64,000 bases of DNA from the human T2T-CHM13v2.0 reference genome, Homo sapiens, in the NCBI RefSeq assembly GCF_009914755.1, contig NC_060944.1; one strand, 5' to 3'. The translations under genes and the position numbers were made by a program. Under the pieces are notes generated by a model. It was not told the origin of the DNA and did no database searches. It saw nothing but the letters and a program-made list of their open reading frames with translations. This document shows positions 27,549-41,720 of this stretch, piece after piece. How positions within the stretch are numbered: position 1 is the first letter of the stretch; every line of letters begins with the position of its first letter.

Positions 27549-27554
27549 TTTATT
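27549..27554 (-). terminator. Candidate poly(A) signal of GNAS-AS1
   Basis: TTTATT on + (AATAAA on -), about 640 nt before MIR298. Confidence 0.6.
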
Positions 27555-29166
27555 CAACACTAGATACGCCCCATCTCCAATTCTAATGGACATGTGCAGA
27601 AAATGTGATACAGAAACCTGCAGAGCAGCCAGTTCCCAGCGGACGTCAGAGATCAGCTCTTACCTCAAGGATCTTGCTCACCAAACTCTCTTTGCTTATC
27701 AAACCTTTCTTTCAGAGGGCAAAGGTTAACTCCCATCTAGAAGAGGTTGAAGTACTATGGTTTTCAAACCAGGAACGTGGCACTAATGAGGCGGAGCTCT
27801 GGAGAGGCACAGCTGCAGAAGGTTCCAGGGACCCTTGGAAGCAGACAGGGACCCTTGGGAGCAGACAGGTTTGGAATAAAAACAAAGAGAAAAACAGGGC
27901 AAAGGATTAACAACAGAAATGAAACCAGGCGCACACACACTCACCTGCGGCATGATCGCCTGTGGTCACACTCCAACTTGATATCTTGCTTCCAACGGCC
28001 AGAACGGCCATCAGTGGAACTTACTTTCACGGGCAATCTTTAGGCTGTTGTTTATTGTTGATTTAAGAGAGAAGCAGTTATGGTTTTGAAAACATGGCCC
28101 TTTTTCTGATGGGGGGAGAGCAGGTTTCAATGAAATGGGTGTGGAGTCCCAATCTCCAAGGCCTTTGTGTGTGATCTGAGAGAAGCCATCTGCCAGAGTC
28201 AAATTCTTCAGGGCCCTCAAGAACAGAGGGCAAGAAGCCAGGCTTAGATAAGCCTTTTCTGAAGCCCTCTGGCTGGCCAGAGAAAGGAGGCAGGGCTATG
28301 GTGCTCCACTGATCCTGTAGGGCCGGGGCAAGGAATGGGAACCCAAGCAGAAACCAGGCAACCAACCAGGATTGTTTCCATCATGAAACAATAGAGCAGG
28401 CAAACCCATCTACCTCTGGTCCCAACCTTTGTCACAGACAAAAAACCCAGACCCACACAGGTGACCATGACCTCAGTGTGAGGTAGAACAGCTGGGACCC
28501 GGACTCAGGTCCAACAGGTGCCCAGGGCAAAGGGGTCCTCGCACCCCGCCCCAGGTGACCCTCCCAGAAAAGGGGTGCTGAATGCTCATCCGTACTGCCT
28601 CTGCGGCCGTGCCATCTAGTGGGGAGGGGCTTGGGCACTCTGTGCCCCACCAGAGCCCCCAGGTTCTCAATCACCAGAGTTCAGACGCCCGCTCCAGTGG
28701 GGGCACCAGGAATGGCAAAGAGATGCCTTCACGGTGTTGATGGTGTGCGCCAGCCACCCATGCACATGACCTGGTGTTTCTGTCGTGGAACTGGAGATGC
28801 GGCCTTAGGTGCTGACCGCTGAGCCACACAGGTGGGGCTCACTTTCTCACCTATCAAGAAATATACATGGGAAACCCACAGAGCCCTGCCTCCTGGCCCA
28901 GCTGCCAAGACGAGGCTGAGCCGAGCCTCTAGAAGCACCAGGTAGACGAAGGGAGGGAGGCACCACAGTAACCGGAGCCATACCTGGCACCTGGACACCT
29001 ACCCGAGGGAGCTCTCCAAGGGTGCCCCACCTAAGGCCTAAGGAACCAGCTCTGACTATAGGCTGAGTCCCAAAGGGCCAAGGAAGATTCCAGAAGCACT
29101 AGTGAACCTTCTCTACACTGCCAAGCCAGAGGCCTCAGAGAAAGGCAGCCTCTCCCAGATGGACCC

Positions 29167-29539
29167 TGTATTAGTCCGTTTTCACACTGCTGATAAAAAC
29201 AAACCTGAGACTGGGCAATTTACAAAAGAAAGAGGTTTAATTGGACTTACAGTTCCATGTGACTGGGGAAGCCCCACAATCATGGCAGAAGGCAAGGAGG
29301 AGCAAGTCACATCTTACATGGATGGCAGCAGGCAAAGAGAGAGAGCGCTTGCGCAGGCAAACTCCCGTTTTTTAAAACCATCAGATCTCATGAGACTCGC
29401 TATCATGAGAACAGCACAGGAAAGACCCACCCCCATACTTCAATCACCTCCCACCCAGTTCCTCCCATGACACGTGGGAATTGTGAGAGTTACAATTCAA
29501 GATGAGATCTGGGTGGGGACACAGAGCCAAACCATATCA
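29167..29539 (-). mobile_element. THE1-family (ERVL-MaLR) solo LTR
   Basis: TG...CA termini. The minus strand starts TGATATGGTTTGGCTCTGTGTCCCCACCC and ends AAAACGGACTAATACA; GACCC/GATCC flanks resemble a 5-bp target-site duplication. Confidence 0.9.
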
Positions 29540-32500
29540 GATCCCCTTCAGTGAAAAGACCCCAGCTACCCAATGTGGGGCAGCTCAGCTCCTGCTCTCC
29601 CCGCTCTCTTCTTGCCACAAGAATCCCATCTCCTAGTCAGGGAGACCTTCAAGCCAGCAGGGCCCTGCTCAGAAGCCTCAGGGCTTCCCGCTGCACTTGC
29701 AATCAGACCCCAGTGCCATGGCCGTGGGCTGCCCTTATGGTGCTGCCTCCTCAGCTACCCCAGCTCCTTCCCTGGCCCCTGCTCACTTCCTGCAGCCAGA
29801 CTGGTTTCCTGCTTCCCTACAGCTCATGGCCAGCTCTTTCCCACCTCAGGGCCCTTCCACTGGCTGTCCCCTCTGTCCAGTGTGCTCTTTCCCCAGCTCC
29901 TGTGACTTGGCAGGCTCCTGACTCACCAGAGCCATCACCTCGGACTCCTCCATCAGCTCCATCATTTTCCAGGCAGCATTTGAAAGGCGACCTCTGGAGC
30001 CTGACCAGCCACTGGAGTTCAAATCCGGACTCCACGACTTTCCTGCTGTGTGGCCTTGGGCAAGCTATCTGACCTGTGCGTACCTCAGTTTTCCCGTAAG
30101 TTTGCTATGAAGAGTAAATTAATGCATTTCTCTAATGCCTAGAACATGGTAGGCACCATAAATCAGTAAGAGGAAGGGCTTCTCTGTGCCAAGAAGCCTG
30201 AGTGTGGGGCAGGCTGTGCAAGTATGGCTAACCCTAGCGTCCCTTGGAAGCCTACAGGAGGAGACTCACACTTCTTCAGAAGATGAGGGGATCTTCTGAG
30301 CCTTCATGTACATGGCTCTGAAGGAGTTAAGGCCTAGCTGTGGTCACAACTACCATGGATTCTTCTCTGAGGCCTGGATGAGCAAGAGAGAACTCTGACC
30401 CACTAAGGAAAAGGAGGGAATTCTGAATACGAATACGGATTAACTCAGGGGCCGCCTGAGGCCCACAACAGCCCCAACAGAAACTCCCCTCCTCCCTCAC
30501 CTCCTCTCCTCTTGAAATCCTTGTGCTGAAAAGCAAGGCCCAGGTTTCATAGCAGCCTGGGCCTCCTCTGGCTTTCCTAAGTCATCCCTATCCCGACGAG
30601 AATGAGGGAGGCCGAGGGATGCACAGACGTTAAGTGGCTATGGTAACTGCCCTAGCCATTTTGTGTTTCTGCTCAGCTTACTAAGGGGCCCACCAGGAGG
30701 AAGGCAGGCAGCCATGATGGCTCCCCAGACCCGGCCATTCAATGCTCATCCATCAGCCCAGGTCTTCCAGACCAATGTCACAGCAAAGGCAAGGAGGCCC
30801 CGGCCAGAACTCAGTTGCTGGGTCCCTGCCCAATTCTGATGATGACCCTTGTTTCTTATAAGATAATAATAGCTCCACTTTACTGCAGGGAGAACAAGTG
30901 CAAATGCCTAAGGAGGCCAGGCCCCACTCAGAGATGAGTGACAGGCACAAGTGGTGGCAGGCACAGGGGTGTGTGTGCTGCTGGCCGAAAGGGGGCGGCC
31001 GCACCCCAGCTACGGTTGTCTATGGACAGGAAGAGGCAGGCCCCAGAAAACTAGAGGCTCCACTAGACCAGGAGAAGTCAAATGGCCAAAGGCTTCTGTA
31101 AAATCTGCTGACACCTAAACGTTGGCGGTCATCATCATTCATCCTTAAAAGAACTCCTGTGTGGTCGAAACATACCATGTATCTGGGTGAGAGCAGGCCT
31201 GGAGAGCAGCTTCCGGCTCCATCCCACAATGGAGGCTGGTCACCCATTAATTTGTACTATTAATAAAGGTGGCGAACATTTAGGGACACTTTTCTGAGTG
31301 TCAGGTGCTGCTTGTTCTTACTTAATTCTCTCCTGGCCCCTTCCCTGAAGTCAGGAAACTGCCTTGGCAGATAAATAAGTCGCCCCAAGGCCCCGGAGTG
31401 GAAAGCAGGGTGCTGAGGTTAGCGCTCACATCTCTCTGATGCCACAACAGGGCCCTGAACCACCAGCTCTGCTCCCTACGTGTTCCCGACCTAGGGCTGG
31501 GCTCTGACCTGGCTCCTCTGGCCCTGTCCTTGGTGCTTTCACACAGTTCTGTCCGCCCCTGGCCCCAGCACCTGCGCTCTTGCCTGCCCGCCACCCCTGG
31601 CGCCTACTGTTTCCTCATATGATCCTCCCTGCTCCCTCTTCACGGGCACTTCCCAGGCTGGCTTCTTCCCAAGCCTTAATCCCACTCAGCTCTCCTGGCC
31701 ATATCTAGCCACGGCAATGCAGTGGCCTCCAAATCCCCCTGCCCCTCCATCCTGCTGCCAACTGAGCTTCCATTTGGCCTGTGACATTTAAAAATATCTG
31801 TCCAGCCTTGGCGTATAGAACCTAATATCCCCAGCTGTTTAAATACCACTGCCTCATTCGGCCCCCATGCCTGTGCGTCCAATAAAAGCAGAAACTGACC
31901 CTGAACACGGGGCCACTGGAACCCTCTATTCCAATCATGCCATTCTTAATTTGGCTCCTTTGTCAAATGGGTCATCAGTGCGAGCCAGTTCCTGCCCCTA
32001 CAAGGAGAAGGCTGGCAGGGGCTTGGGGGGCTTTGGAGAGGCAGGTCAAGGTGTGGCCATCTGTATGCCTGTGACGGGCGCACGTGCCTGGAGCATGCGG
32101 TGATGTCCGCCACAGCTGTCCTCCATCCCCGCCGTCTCCCGACCCCAGTGGGCCCCATGGCCTTGCTATTAATACAGTGCAAAGAGGCCCAGCAGCTGGC
32201 CGGGGCCAGGTCTTTCCACATGGATGGTGACAACTGCCATCACCCTGGATGTGGGCTCTGCACGTTCCCAATGTGCCTTCTGTCAGAAGGGGCAGAGCTG
32301 CAGTCCGCTGGGGTACTGTCTGCTGAAAATGTCCACTCTGACTTGGCAATGGGGGAAATCACCAATGATCAACTTGGGAGTCGTGAAAGGGGGCTCAAAA
32401 GATGAGTGGTCGCTTTAGAGCACTCCTAGTGCTCACAGGAACAAGGGTCTGCTCCCCTAACCGCGCCATCAGCCTGCATTTGCATGGAGGCCCCAGGCCA

Positions 32501-35299
32501 CAGGCTTCTTCTCTCATCATCGATACATAGGTCCAGCACAATGCCCAGCACAAACATGCAGCCAAGTACACACCTATGCAGCGAGGAAATCCCCCACAGG
32601 GAGATACAGAGAAAGGCTTCATTTTCCTGACACGCTCTCTTTGGGGAGGAAGAGGTCGGCTTCAACATATCCTAAAAGAACCCATGAAGAACGAACTGTT
32701 AGGTGGATCAGAGCCACAAATCCAGAAGAGAAGAACCCAGTCTACTGTCCAAAACTGCCAGGGGTGAAACACTATGATTTCTGGGATTTGCTGTGAAGGG
32801 CTCCAGAAGAAAAGGTGTGGTGACAGAGGAAACCAGAGCAGCAGAAGCTGACGGGCAGCGCAGCTGCGCTGGCCTCCTCTCTGCCTTGGTGTGCTTGAAA
32901 ATTTCCATAACAACAAGTTTAAAAATACACATGTGAAAAATTGTTCAACAAATATTTACTGAGGGCCTAATATGTGCTAAGAACTCTTCTGAGGGTTCTT
33001 AATTTGTATAGAAAGAAGAAAGGTGAGCAAAGTCCCACCATGCTGGTCAGCAGCAGCTCAGCCTCAAAACAACCTCCTTTTGCCATAGCACAGCAGGCCC
33101 ACCCCCAAATGCCCTGGGTTGGTTTCAGCTGTCCCATGCCACTGACCCATGGAGGCAGTCCGAATACGTACTTTTAAAATTTAGTATTTAAAAATACTAT
33201 CATTCAACCCCTGTGACCCTATGCAGCCCAACCCGAGAAAGAACACAGCCAAGAACTTCATCTAGCAGAATGTCCTTCTCCCACTCCTTGTGGTCTCCCC
33301 TGCCAGAAGAAACCAAATGCAGAAGCTGAGTTTATCATATGCTCGCTGTAAACATTTTATCATGCATGCATTACTTGGTTTTGCCTGCTTTTGAACTTGA
33401 TGAAGAGAGCATTGTACTTTCTGGCATCCTATCAAGAACTGAGAGCACTATGGGAGAACAGACCCAGCTCCCCTCACCCAATCCCCAGAAAAGCTGGGAG
33501 TGAGAACAGAGGTGAGTGGATGGGTTCTGTGAGAGGCCTTCTGGCTGGAACACTGCTTCAGAGCATGCCAGCAGGAAGTGAGAAGTGCCCGGGCTCATCT
33601 CGCTGGGGCTTGGGACACAGCTCTACCGACTGTCTCTTGGCTGCGTCCGCAAACATAAACACGTGAAGTGGGAGCAAATGTCATGGTAAAGGCAGATCAA
33701 GACAACTCCATCTGTTGACTTATTATTAGACAACAAATGTCATGGGAAGAAAATGTGCCCCAAGTAATTTAGCCCCGTTGAAACTCAACAGGCTTCCGCT
33801 GGTTGGAATGAGAACTCTTCCTACCTCTCCTTAGCTAAGAGGCACCTGACCAGACACTGGGAGCAAAACCTCATTTATCCCCTTTGGTGGGAAATCTTTG
33901 TGTCCTAGAAGACCATCTCTCACCATCTCTCCTAGAGTCCAGATGAGCATTTCTCAGGTCAATGAAGAGACTGGGTGGATGGGGACAGGATCAAGGAGGT
34001 GCTCAGGGCTGCACCTGGAGGGACATCAGCCACGCTGCCATTTCCAGAGCATGCACTTGTCTTCATGAGTATTTTTAAAATACTTAACCAGACGCCAGGG
34101 ATACTGGTAATCTTTCAATAGCAGTTGTATAATTTTCCTTTAAAAACCAATGTATTTACATAAAAAAACAGCTGACTTAGAGAGAAGTGTGAAGTGCAGT
34201 TCAGTATTGGAATATGGCAAAAACCGTGAAGGTGGTGCGAAAATAATTGAAGTCAGCAAAAATGACCTCGATATTCCTAAAGGGGTGGAATTTTTGTTCT
34301 AATTTCTAAGGTACTTTTGCGCTTAGATGGTTTTAACTGTAGTCTCTGCCAACAAAGGCCACTCATAACCCCCAGTCTGAACGGACCCTACCCTGTTCAA
34401 GGCCCAGAGCTGTGGGGCATCCTAGCCCTGCTAGGAGAGGCTGCAATGCTCCCGGCATGGACGAGAGGGGAGCATGGAAGCCCAGAGTCCCTGCCACTGC
34501 TGCTGCTGCACAAAGCCACGACAACTGGTGGCCACAGGCCTTGTGTCTCTCAATCAGCAGCCCCAAGAAAGGTCTCTGAGAGTGCGCCATTCTCTTTCTC
34601 CTGAGCTTGCTCTTTTGCTTACCTTTAGACGATGACTTCAGCGAGAAAGACAGATGAGCAAATGTCACTTTCATGCAGATAGTTCACCCAACTGCATAAG
34701 TGCTCTCAATGGGAGAACTTTCAGCACACTGAAGTCTATTTAAAAATAGTGGGAGAAGGGAAGTTACTTCTCTTTTAAAAGTGCTAATAATAATAACATT
34801 AATACGAATTATTTGTAGAGTTATGTGACTGAACATATACATTTTTTTGCAATGTTGTCATACTACTATTAACAACACTGCTGCTGTCATGACGGGAGGG
34901 CTGGGGGCCCAAACAGCCTGCTCTGCTGCCCCTGTCATCCCAGCATCCCCCTGGTTAGCACTGCCTTTCATGCATAAAAATGTCCCAGGTGGATGACAAA
35001 TGTTATGGTAACCCTAGTTATACACCATGACTAACTCATCTATGCCTACGACGAGTGGGCAGGGGGAGGGTTTGGGGCCAAAGGGGAACAGGGACCTGAA
35101 TTTCAAAGGCTGGAGAGCATTCTTTAAATTGTGGCCATTCCCGGCTTAAACTGTTTAGATCCTGGATTAGCAGAGGGGACCTGGGTTTAAAATGATCAGA
35201 TGGTGAGGGAGAGATACATGATTTATAATCGGGGAGAGATGCATGGTTTATAATTGGGGCACTATTAAGAGTTCTCCAATGGCAGTTTGAACTATGTTA

Positions 35300-35607
35300 C
35301 TTCTTTCTTTTCTTCCTTTTTTTTTCTTTTTTTAGACAGAGTCTCACTCTGCCACCCAGGCTGGAGTGTAGTGGCATGATCCTGGCTCCTGGATTCAAGC
35401 AATTCTCCTGCCTCAGCCTCCCGAGTAGCTGGGACTACAGGCGCGCGCCACCATGCCTGGCTTTTTTTTTTTTTTTTTTTGTATTTTTAGTAGAGATGGT
35501 GTTTCATCATGTTGCCAGGCTGGTCTTGAACTCCTGACCTCAAGTGATCTGCCTGCCTCGGCCTCCCAAAGTGCTGGGATTACAGGTGTGAGGCACCGCA
35601 CCTGGCT
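35300..35607 (-). mobile_element. Alu with small internal deletion and expanded middle A tract
   Basis: Reverse Alu; TGAACTATGTTA on both flanks. Confidence 0.95.
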
Positions 35608-37399
35608 GAACTATGTTATTTCTAAAACAGCTCAGTCACCTTCATGAAGGACTAAAAGAAACTGGACACAGAACCTGGGATACACTTGGCCTCTCTTTTC
35701 TAACATCTTTTAGTTAGGTTTTCCCTAGCCCTCTCCTTGTGGCAAATTTCTGAGATATATTTCACTGAAGTTCAACTTTTCTTGACAGGCTAGAGAAAAT
35801 ATTGATGAAGCCAAGGTCATGGGCCTCAGAAACCCAGCCCCACAAGCAGAGCAGGAAAACAGCTCCATGCCCTCTCTCCTGACTCATAGAGGGCCTGGGG
35901 ATGCCACAGGTCTTACTGTCTCCTCTACCAGAAAGAAGAGGGTCGTGCTAGCAGGGGATGGGAGACAAATACTCAGGCCCTGCTGGTGGGGACACACTGG
36001 TTGCCTCGTAGAGAAGTGCAGTGTAGCCAAGGCTCTGTGTTGGCCTATGAGCAGCAGCTCCACTGCTTGATATCATCTCCAGAGAAACACTTGTGACATT
36101 TACATGGAGGTGTGTACTACGACATGGTCAGCAGTGCAGTTTCTAACAGGGACAAAGTGGCAAGAGCTGAATGCACGTCGACAGGGATGTGACTGCTGAC
36201 TGTCTTTATTCAGCCCAGACGATGAGGTGATGGTGAAATAGAACAAGGCAAATCCTACAGGAATCAGCAGGAAAGGGTCTCCAAGATATGTAGATAGATG
36301 AAAAGGCTGCAATGTGAAGCCCAATGAAACACATGAAACTATGTTTGTGTTTTTCAAGATGACATCCTCTATGGAAACCCATTATTTGTGAAGTTGGTAA
36401 CCTCTGGGGGATTTGAGAGGTGATGTATGAAAACTGTGGCTGGTGCAGGGTCATCAAAGCAGACATTAGCCTTAGCTTTATCGAATATTTTAAAGCTATT
36501 AGATAATACATGTAATTCATATAATTGCATGCACAGTTACACATTATAGTTAAGAAGTCATGGCTGGGAGAAGCTGCTGATATGTTATCAGTTTCACAGT
36601 GTAGACATCTTGAAAAAGGATCTCGAGAAAAATGAACTTCCCTTTCTTGTACCTTAATGCTCCTATTTTAGGGGCCAATTTTAAGTAATAACTGGTGCTT
36701 TTGGAACAACCAAGAGAAAAAGAGAGTGCCACCAAGTCCTACTGGCTTTAGCCTTGGCCAAACCCTTCCCGGCTGCCATGTGGACTTTGCCAGGCTGATT
36801 ACTAAAGACATGGTATAGTCTATTTCTACCTTCCAAACCACTTCTAGCCAGCTCTTGCTTTGCTCTTTCTTTAATAAGGAGCTGGAGGAATGTCAGTTCT
36901 AAAGTGATCAAGAAAAGAATGTGAAGCTGTGAACTGTCCATTTGGTTGCTGACAAAAAATAGATCTGATATCAAGGGGGCTGACATCTGAGCCCTTGGCT
37001 CATGTTCCACCTTCACGGGAAGATTCTCTGCTTGGTGTAGTAAACAATTGAGGGATAGAACTAGGACTAGAGAAATTCAGTCTAAGAGTGGCTTTACCAC
37101 TAACCAGCTGGTCCCACCTCTCTAAGCCTCAGTTTCCTTACTTGTAAAATAAAAGGGCTGAGACTCGATCTCTCCAGTGCCATCCAGCTCCAGGATGACT
37201 CCTGTTGATAATGACTTTGGTTGGAAACTCAATTTGGAGTGTTCCTCTCTTGTCTCCCACTTAGCACTAGACTTTTTCTGCTTCTATGACAGCCTTTCCA
37301 CTGTGCCCGAGACCTAGAACATCTTTCTACCTGTCTGATACCTTGTCTTGATACCTTGTCACGTGCAGCCTAAAGGCACCTTGTTCTCAACAGACCAAA

Positions 37400-37695
37400 G
37401 GCAGAACTCTTAGCCCCACCACCCCACTCAACATGGCAGAGCTCCTGGCCCCACCGCCCCACTCAACATGGCAGAGCTCCTGGCCCCACCGCCCCACTCA
37501 ACATGGCAGAGCTCCTGGCCCCACCGCCCCACTCAACATGGCAGAGCTCCTGGCCCCACCGCCCCACTCAACATGGCAGAGCTCCTGGCCCCACTGCCCC
37601 ACTCAACATGGCAGAGCTCCTGGCCCCACCGCCCCACTCAACATGGCAGAGCTCTTGGCCCCACCACCCCACTCAACATGGCAGAACTCATGGCC
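37400..37695. repeat. 35-bp minisatellite, about 8.5 copies
   Basis: Unit GGCAGAGCTCCTGGCCCCACCGCCCCACTCAACAT; ATG recurs every 35 nt from 37433 to 37678. Confidence 0.97.
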
Positions 37696-38729
37696 TCCTG
37701 CTACCTCACACCTGGGCCTCTTTCCCTGCTTCTCTACCTCAGTGAAAAGTACTAGCTTCCATCTAGTTCTACCTGGGTGTCATCCTGACACAGCCAATTC
37801 CCCACATCCATGTTATCACCAAGCCTTGTAAGACACTCTCCTAAATAACTCTAAAAGCCACTCTCACTATCCTCAGCTTTATGTATTTCTAAAACCAACC
37901 ACCTCCCTAGACCCAGCTACTATCAACTCTAGCTTCCTCTCAAATTCCATCCCCGTACTCTGTGGCCAGAGAGGTCTTTAAAATAGACAACTTGATTTTG
38001 GTCCCTCATGGCCATCAGGACAAAGGCTTCCCATGGTTTATGGCTGTTCAAGACAACAGAAAGACTGCAGTTTAACCTGTTGGGCCCAGAGATCCCTGCC
38101 CAGCCCTCCAGATTCATCTCTGTTCTCCAGCTCTGCTGACCTGTGAGTTTCCCTAACAGGCTTAGCTTCTTTCCGCCAGAGAGCTGGCAAATACACTATT
38201 CCTCGCTTGGAACTGCACCACCCTCTGGCTACTCCTCAACTTGGAACTGCACCAACCCCCTGCTGCCACATGCTCACCCTTCAGTTCTCAGCTCAAGTGT
38301 GCACGTATCACTTTTTCAGTAAAGTATTCCCTGCCTTGCCCAAATATAGGGTGGCTTCTTCTGCTGTATACTCAGGGGGAAAAAAACAAAAGAACATCTT
38401 TCTTTTCCAGTGCCCTTAGCTTAGGTTATAAGGAGACCTTCCTTAGCGCGATGACTCATTATTTCCAGATCCCCCTCACTGCATGCATTCACCATTGTAT
38501 TCCCAGTGCCTCGCAGAGTACAGGACCTAGAATGGGCATCCAGTGCAGTTGTGCAGACCAAACTCTACAGCTTCTAAGGCTTTCCATTAAGAATCCACTA
38601 AAAGAGAACTGGAAAGTGAAATTAAAAAGAAAAATCCAACTCGACTGCCAACTCCAACTTTATTTTAGGCTCTTTCTGCATGGCTGGGCTCCTCAAACTC
38701 CTGCCCCCTCACTCTCTCACCTCTTGGCC

Positions 38730-39890
38730 ATTACCACCACCATACCACCACCACCACCACTGCTATACCACTATCATAACCACCACCACCACATCACCAT
38801 CATCACCACCACCACCACACCACCATCACCACAATCACCACCACCACCATCACCGCCACACCATCACCACCACCGCCACACCACCATCACCACCACCATC
38901 ACCACCACCACCACACCATCATCATCACCACCACCATCACCACCACACCACCATCACCACCACCACAACACCATCACCACAATCACCACCACCATCACTG
39001 CCACACCACCATCACCACCACCGCCACACCACCATCATTACCACCACCACCATCACCACCACCACACCACCATCATCACCATCACCACCATCACCACCAC
39101 ACCACCATCATCACCACCACACCACCATCATCACCACCGCCACACCACCGCCACACCACCATCATCACCACCACTACACCACCATCACCACAATCACCAC
39201 CACCACCATCACCGCCACACCACCATCACCACCACCGCCACACCACCATCACCACCACCACACCACCATCACCACACCACCATCATCACCACCACACCAC
39301 CATCATCACCACCACACCACAATCACCACCACCACCGTCACCACACCACCGTCACCACCACCACCACACCATCATCACCACCACACCACCACCACCATCA
39401 CACCACCACCATCACCACCACCATCACCACCACCACCACCACCACCATCACCACCACCATCACCACCATCATCACCATCACCACCACACCACCACCACCA
39501 CCACCACCGCCATCACCACCATCACCACCACCATCACCACCATCATCAACACCACCGCCACACCACCATCATCACCACCACCACCATCACCACCACACCA
39601 CCATCACCACCATCACCACCACCACCATCACCACTACCACACCACCATCACCATCACCACCACCATCACTACCATCAGCACCACCATCACCACCACCATC
39701 ACCACCACCACACCACCACCACCACAATCACCACCACCACCATCACCACCACACCACCATCACCACCACCGCCACACCACCACACCACCATCACCACCAC
39801 CACCATCACCATCACCACTACCATCACAACCACCACTACCATCACCACCAATGCTACACCACCATCATAACCAGCACCATCACCGCCACC
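38730..39890. repeat. About 1.15-kb degenerate (CAC/CAT)n simple repeat
   Basis: Almost entirely CAC, CAT and CA units, with very few G on the + strand. Confidence 0.97.
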
Positions 39891-40532
39891 AGGCATAGTC
39901 ACTGGTCAGCTAGCAAGCAGAAGGAGGCAAGATTTATATCCAGGCCTGTGTGATCCCAAATCTGGCTTCTGGTTTCTCACCTCCAAACTTTCTGTTGAGC
40001 CCTCTCATAAGATACCATCTATTTTCCCTTTGAAGCCCACCTAAATACTGTCAGAGAAAAGACATTAGAGAAAAATCCCTTTAAAAACAGATATAAAACG
40101 AGGGTGCCCCCATTTCACCCTTCTCTCTCCTACACACTTTCAGAGGACAACGCAAGGCATAGACAAAGGATGAAGTCAGAGAAAGCCAAAATAAGTAACA
40201 AAAACATCAATCTAACTGGCACTACTAACTAGAAGAACCCAAAAGAATAAACTAAAAATGATTTTAAAATATAAAAAGAAGTCCAGATTTACCAAATATC
40301 ACAACTGTAAAACCCAAAGGACATCGAATTGGAGGTTCCTAGATTTTGAGATTTTAGACCAAAATCTACGAACAGTGGCATAAGCCACTGTGCCCGGCCA
40401 GACCACGCTAATATTTCAAAAGAAATGTGTGGCACTCACATCGGGTTGCCAGCTGTTTTGCTTTTTTTTAAAAAAATCTGCTAGATAAAGTCACTGAAAA
40501 CTAAATAAAAGCAAAATTTAAAAAACAACATC

Positions 40533-40799
<267 letters not shown>

Positions 40800-41234
40800 C
40801 TAAAATCTTTTGGGGAGGGTAGAATTCAAGCAGTTTTATTTATTCATTCATTCATTCATTTATTATAAGGATTTCTGATTTATTTATTTTCAAAGACTCT
40901 AAAATCTTAAAGCAAAACAAAACCCCTAATTATCATCTACAATCCTTCTAGAAAGAAATGATATCAAAATTCTAAAAGGCAGGAAGCTTATATAGCCTCA
41001 AAATCAAGAATCAAAATCAAAAGTCCCTCCCCTGAATAAATTTGGCTTGATGAAAGCCCCACTACAACATCTTTCGTTTTCTCATTTCACTGTGGACTGG
41101 CATTTGGGAACCGCTGACTTAGTTCAACTCTTTCCCTGATGAGGTAGTCTCTTCTACCAAATCCTCCAGAAACCTTCTCTGAGTGTTTGCCTGAGTAGGC
41201 TGCTGGTTGCCTCAAAAACCAACCAATTCTGAAA

Positions 41235-41720
41235 GTGGCAGAAGATGAGAAAAACGTACAAAAATCAATACCATTTCTATAAATACATAATAAGAGGCCT
41301 GAAAATATAATTAAAAAAAGAGTGCCCACTCACAATGCAACAAAAGCATCTAATACTTGGGAAATATATGATATATATTCACATATCAAACTCACATAGG
41401 ATATATTAAAATTACATGAAGAAAACACAAATCCTTAATGAGAGAAATAGTGACCTGAACAGATTGAGAGGCCATACTTCTGGCTTAAGACTAAATGCAG
41501 AAAAGATGATAATATTTCCCAACTTAATTTATAAATTGAACGCCATTCCAGTCAAAATATCACCAAGGTCATTTATAAAACTTGATAAAAATGGTTCTTA
41601 AATTCATATAGAAAAATAAATGGACAAAACATCAGAGAATGCTGAGATACTGTGCAGTGAGAAGGCATTTGCCCCAGCAGATCTTAAACTACAGTCTAAA
41701 ATCATCATTATTAAGGCTGT
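41235..41720 (+). mobile_element. Old L1 ORF2 remnant
   Basis: Translation KMIIFPNLIYKLNAIPVKISPRSFIKLDK resembles L1 ORF2p [29 protein letters not shown]; A-rich. Confidence 0.75.

Noticed and set aside
37433-37831. Three ORFs starting MAELLAPPPHS; array superficially CRISPR-like
   Set aside because: 35-bp tandem repeat without unique spacers, in a mammalian genome.
38241-39953. 570-aa and 396-aa His/Pro/Thr-rich ORFs
   Set aside because: Artefacts of the stop-free (CAC/CAT)n repeat; no domain or exon signals.
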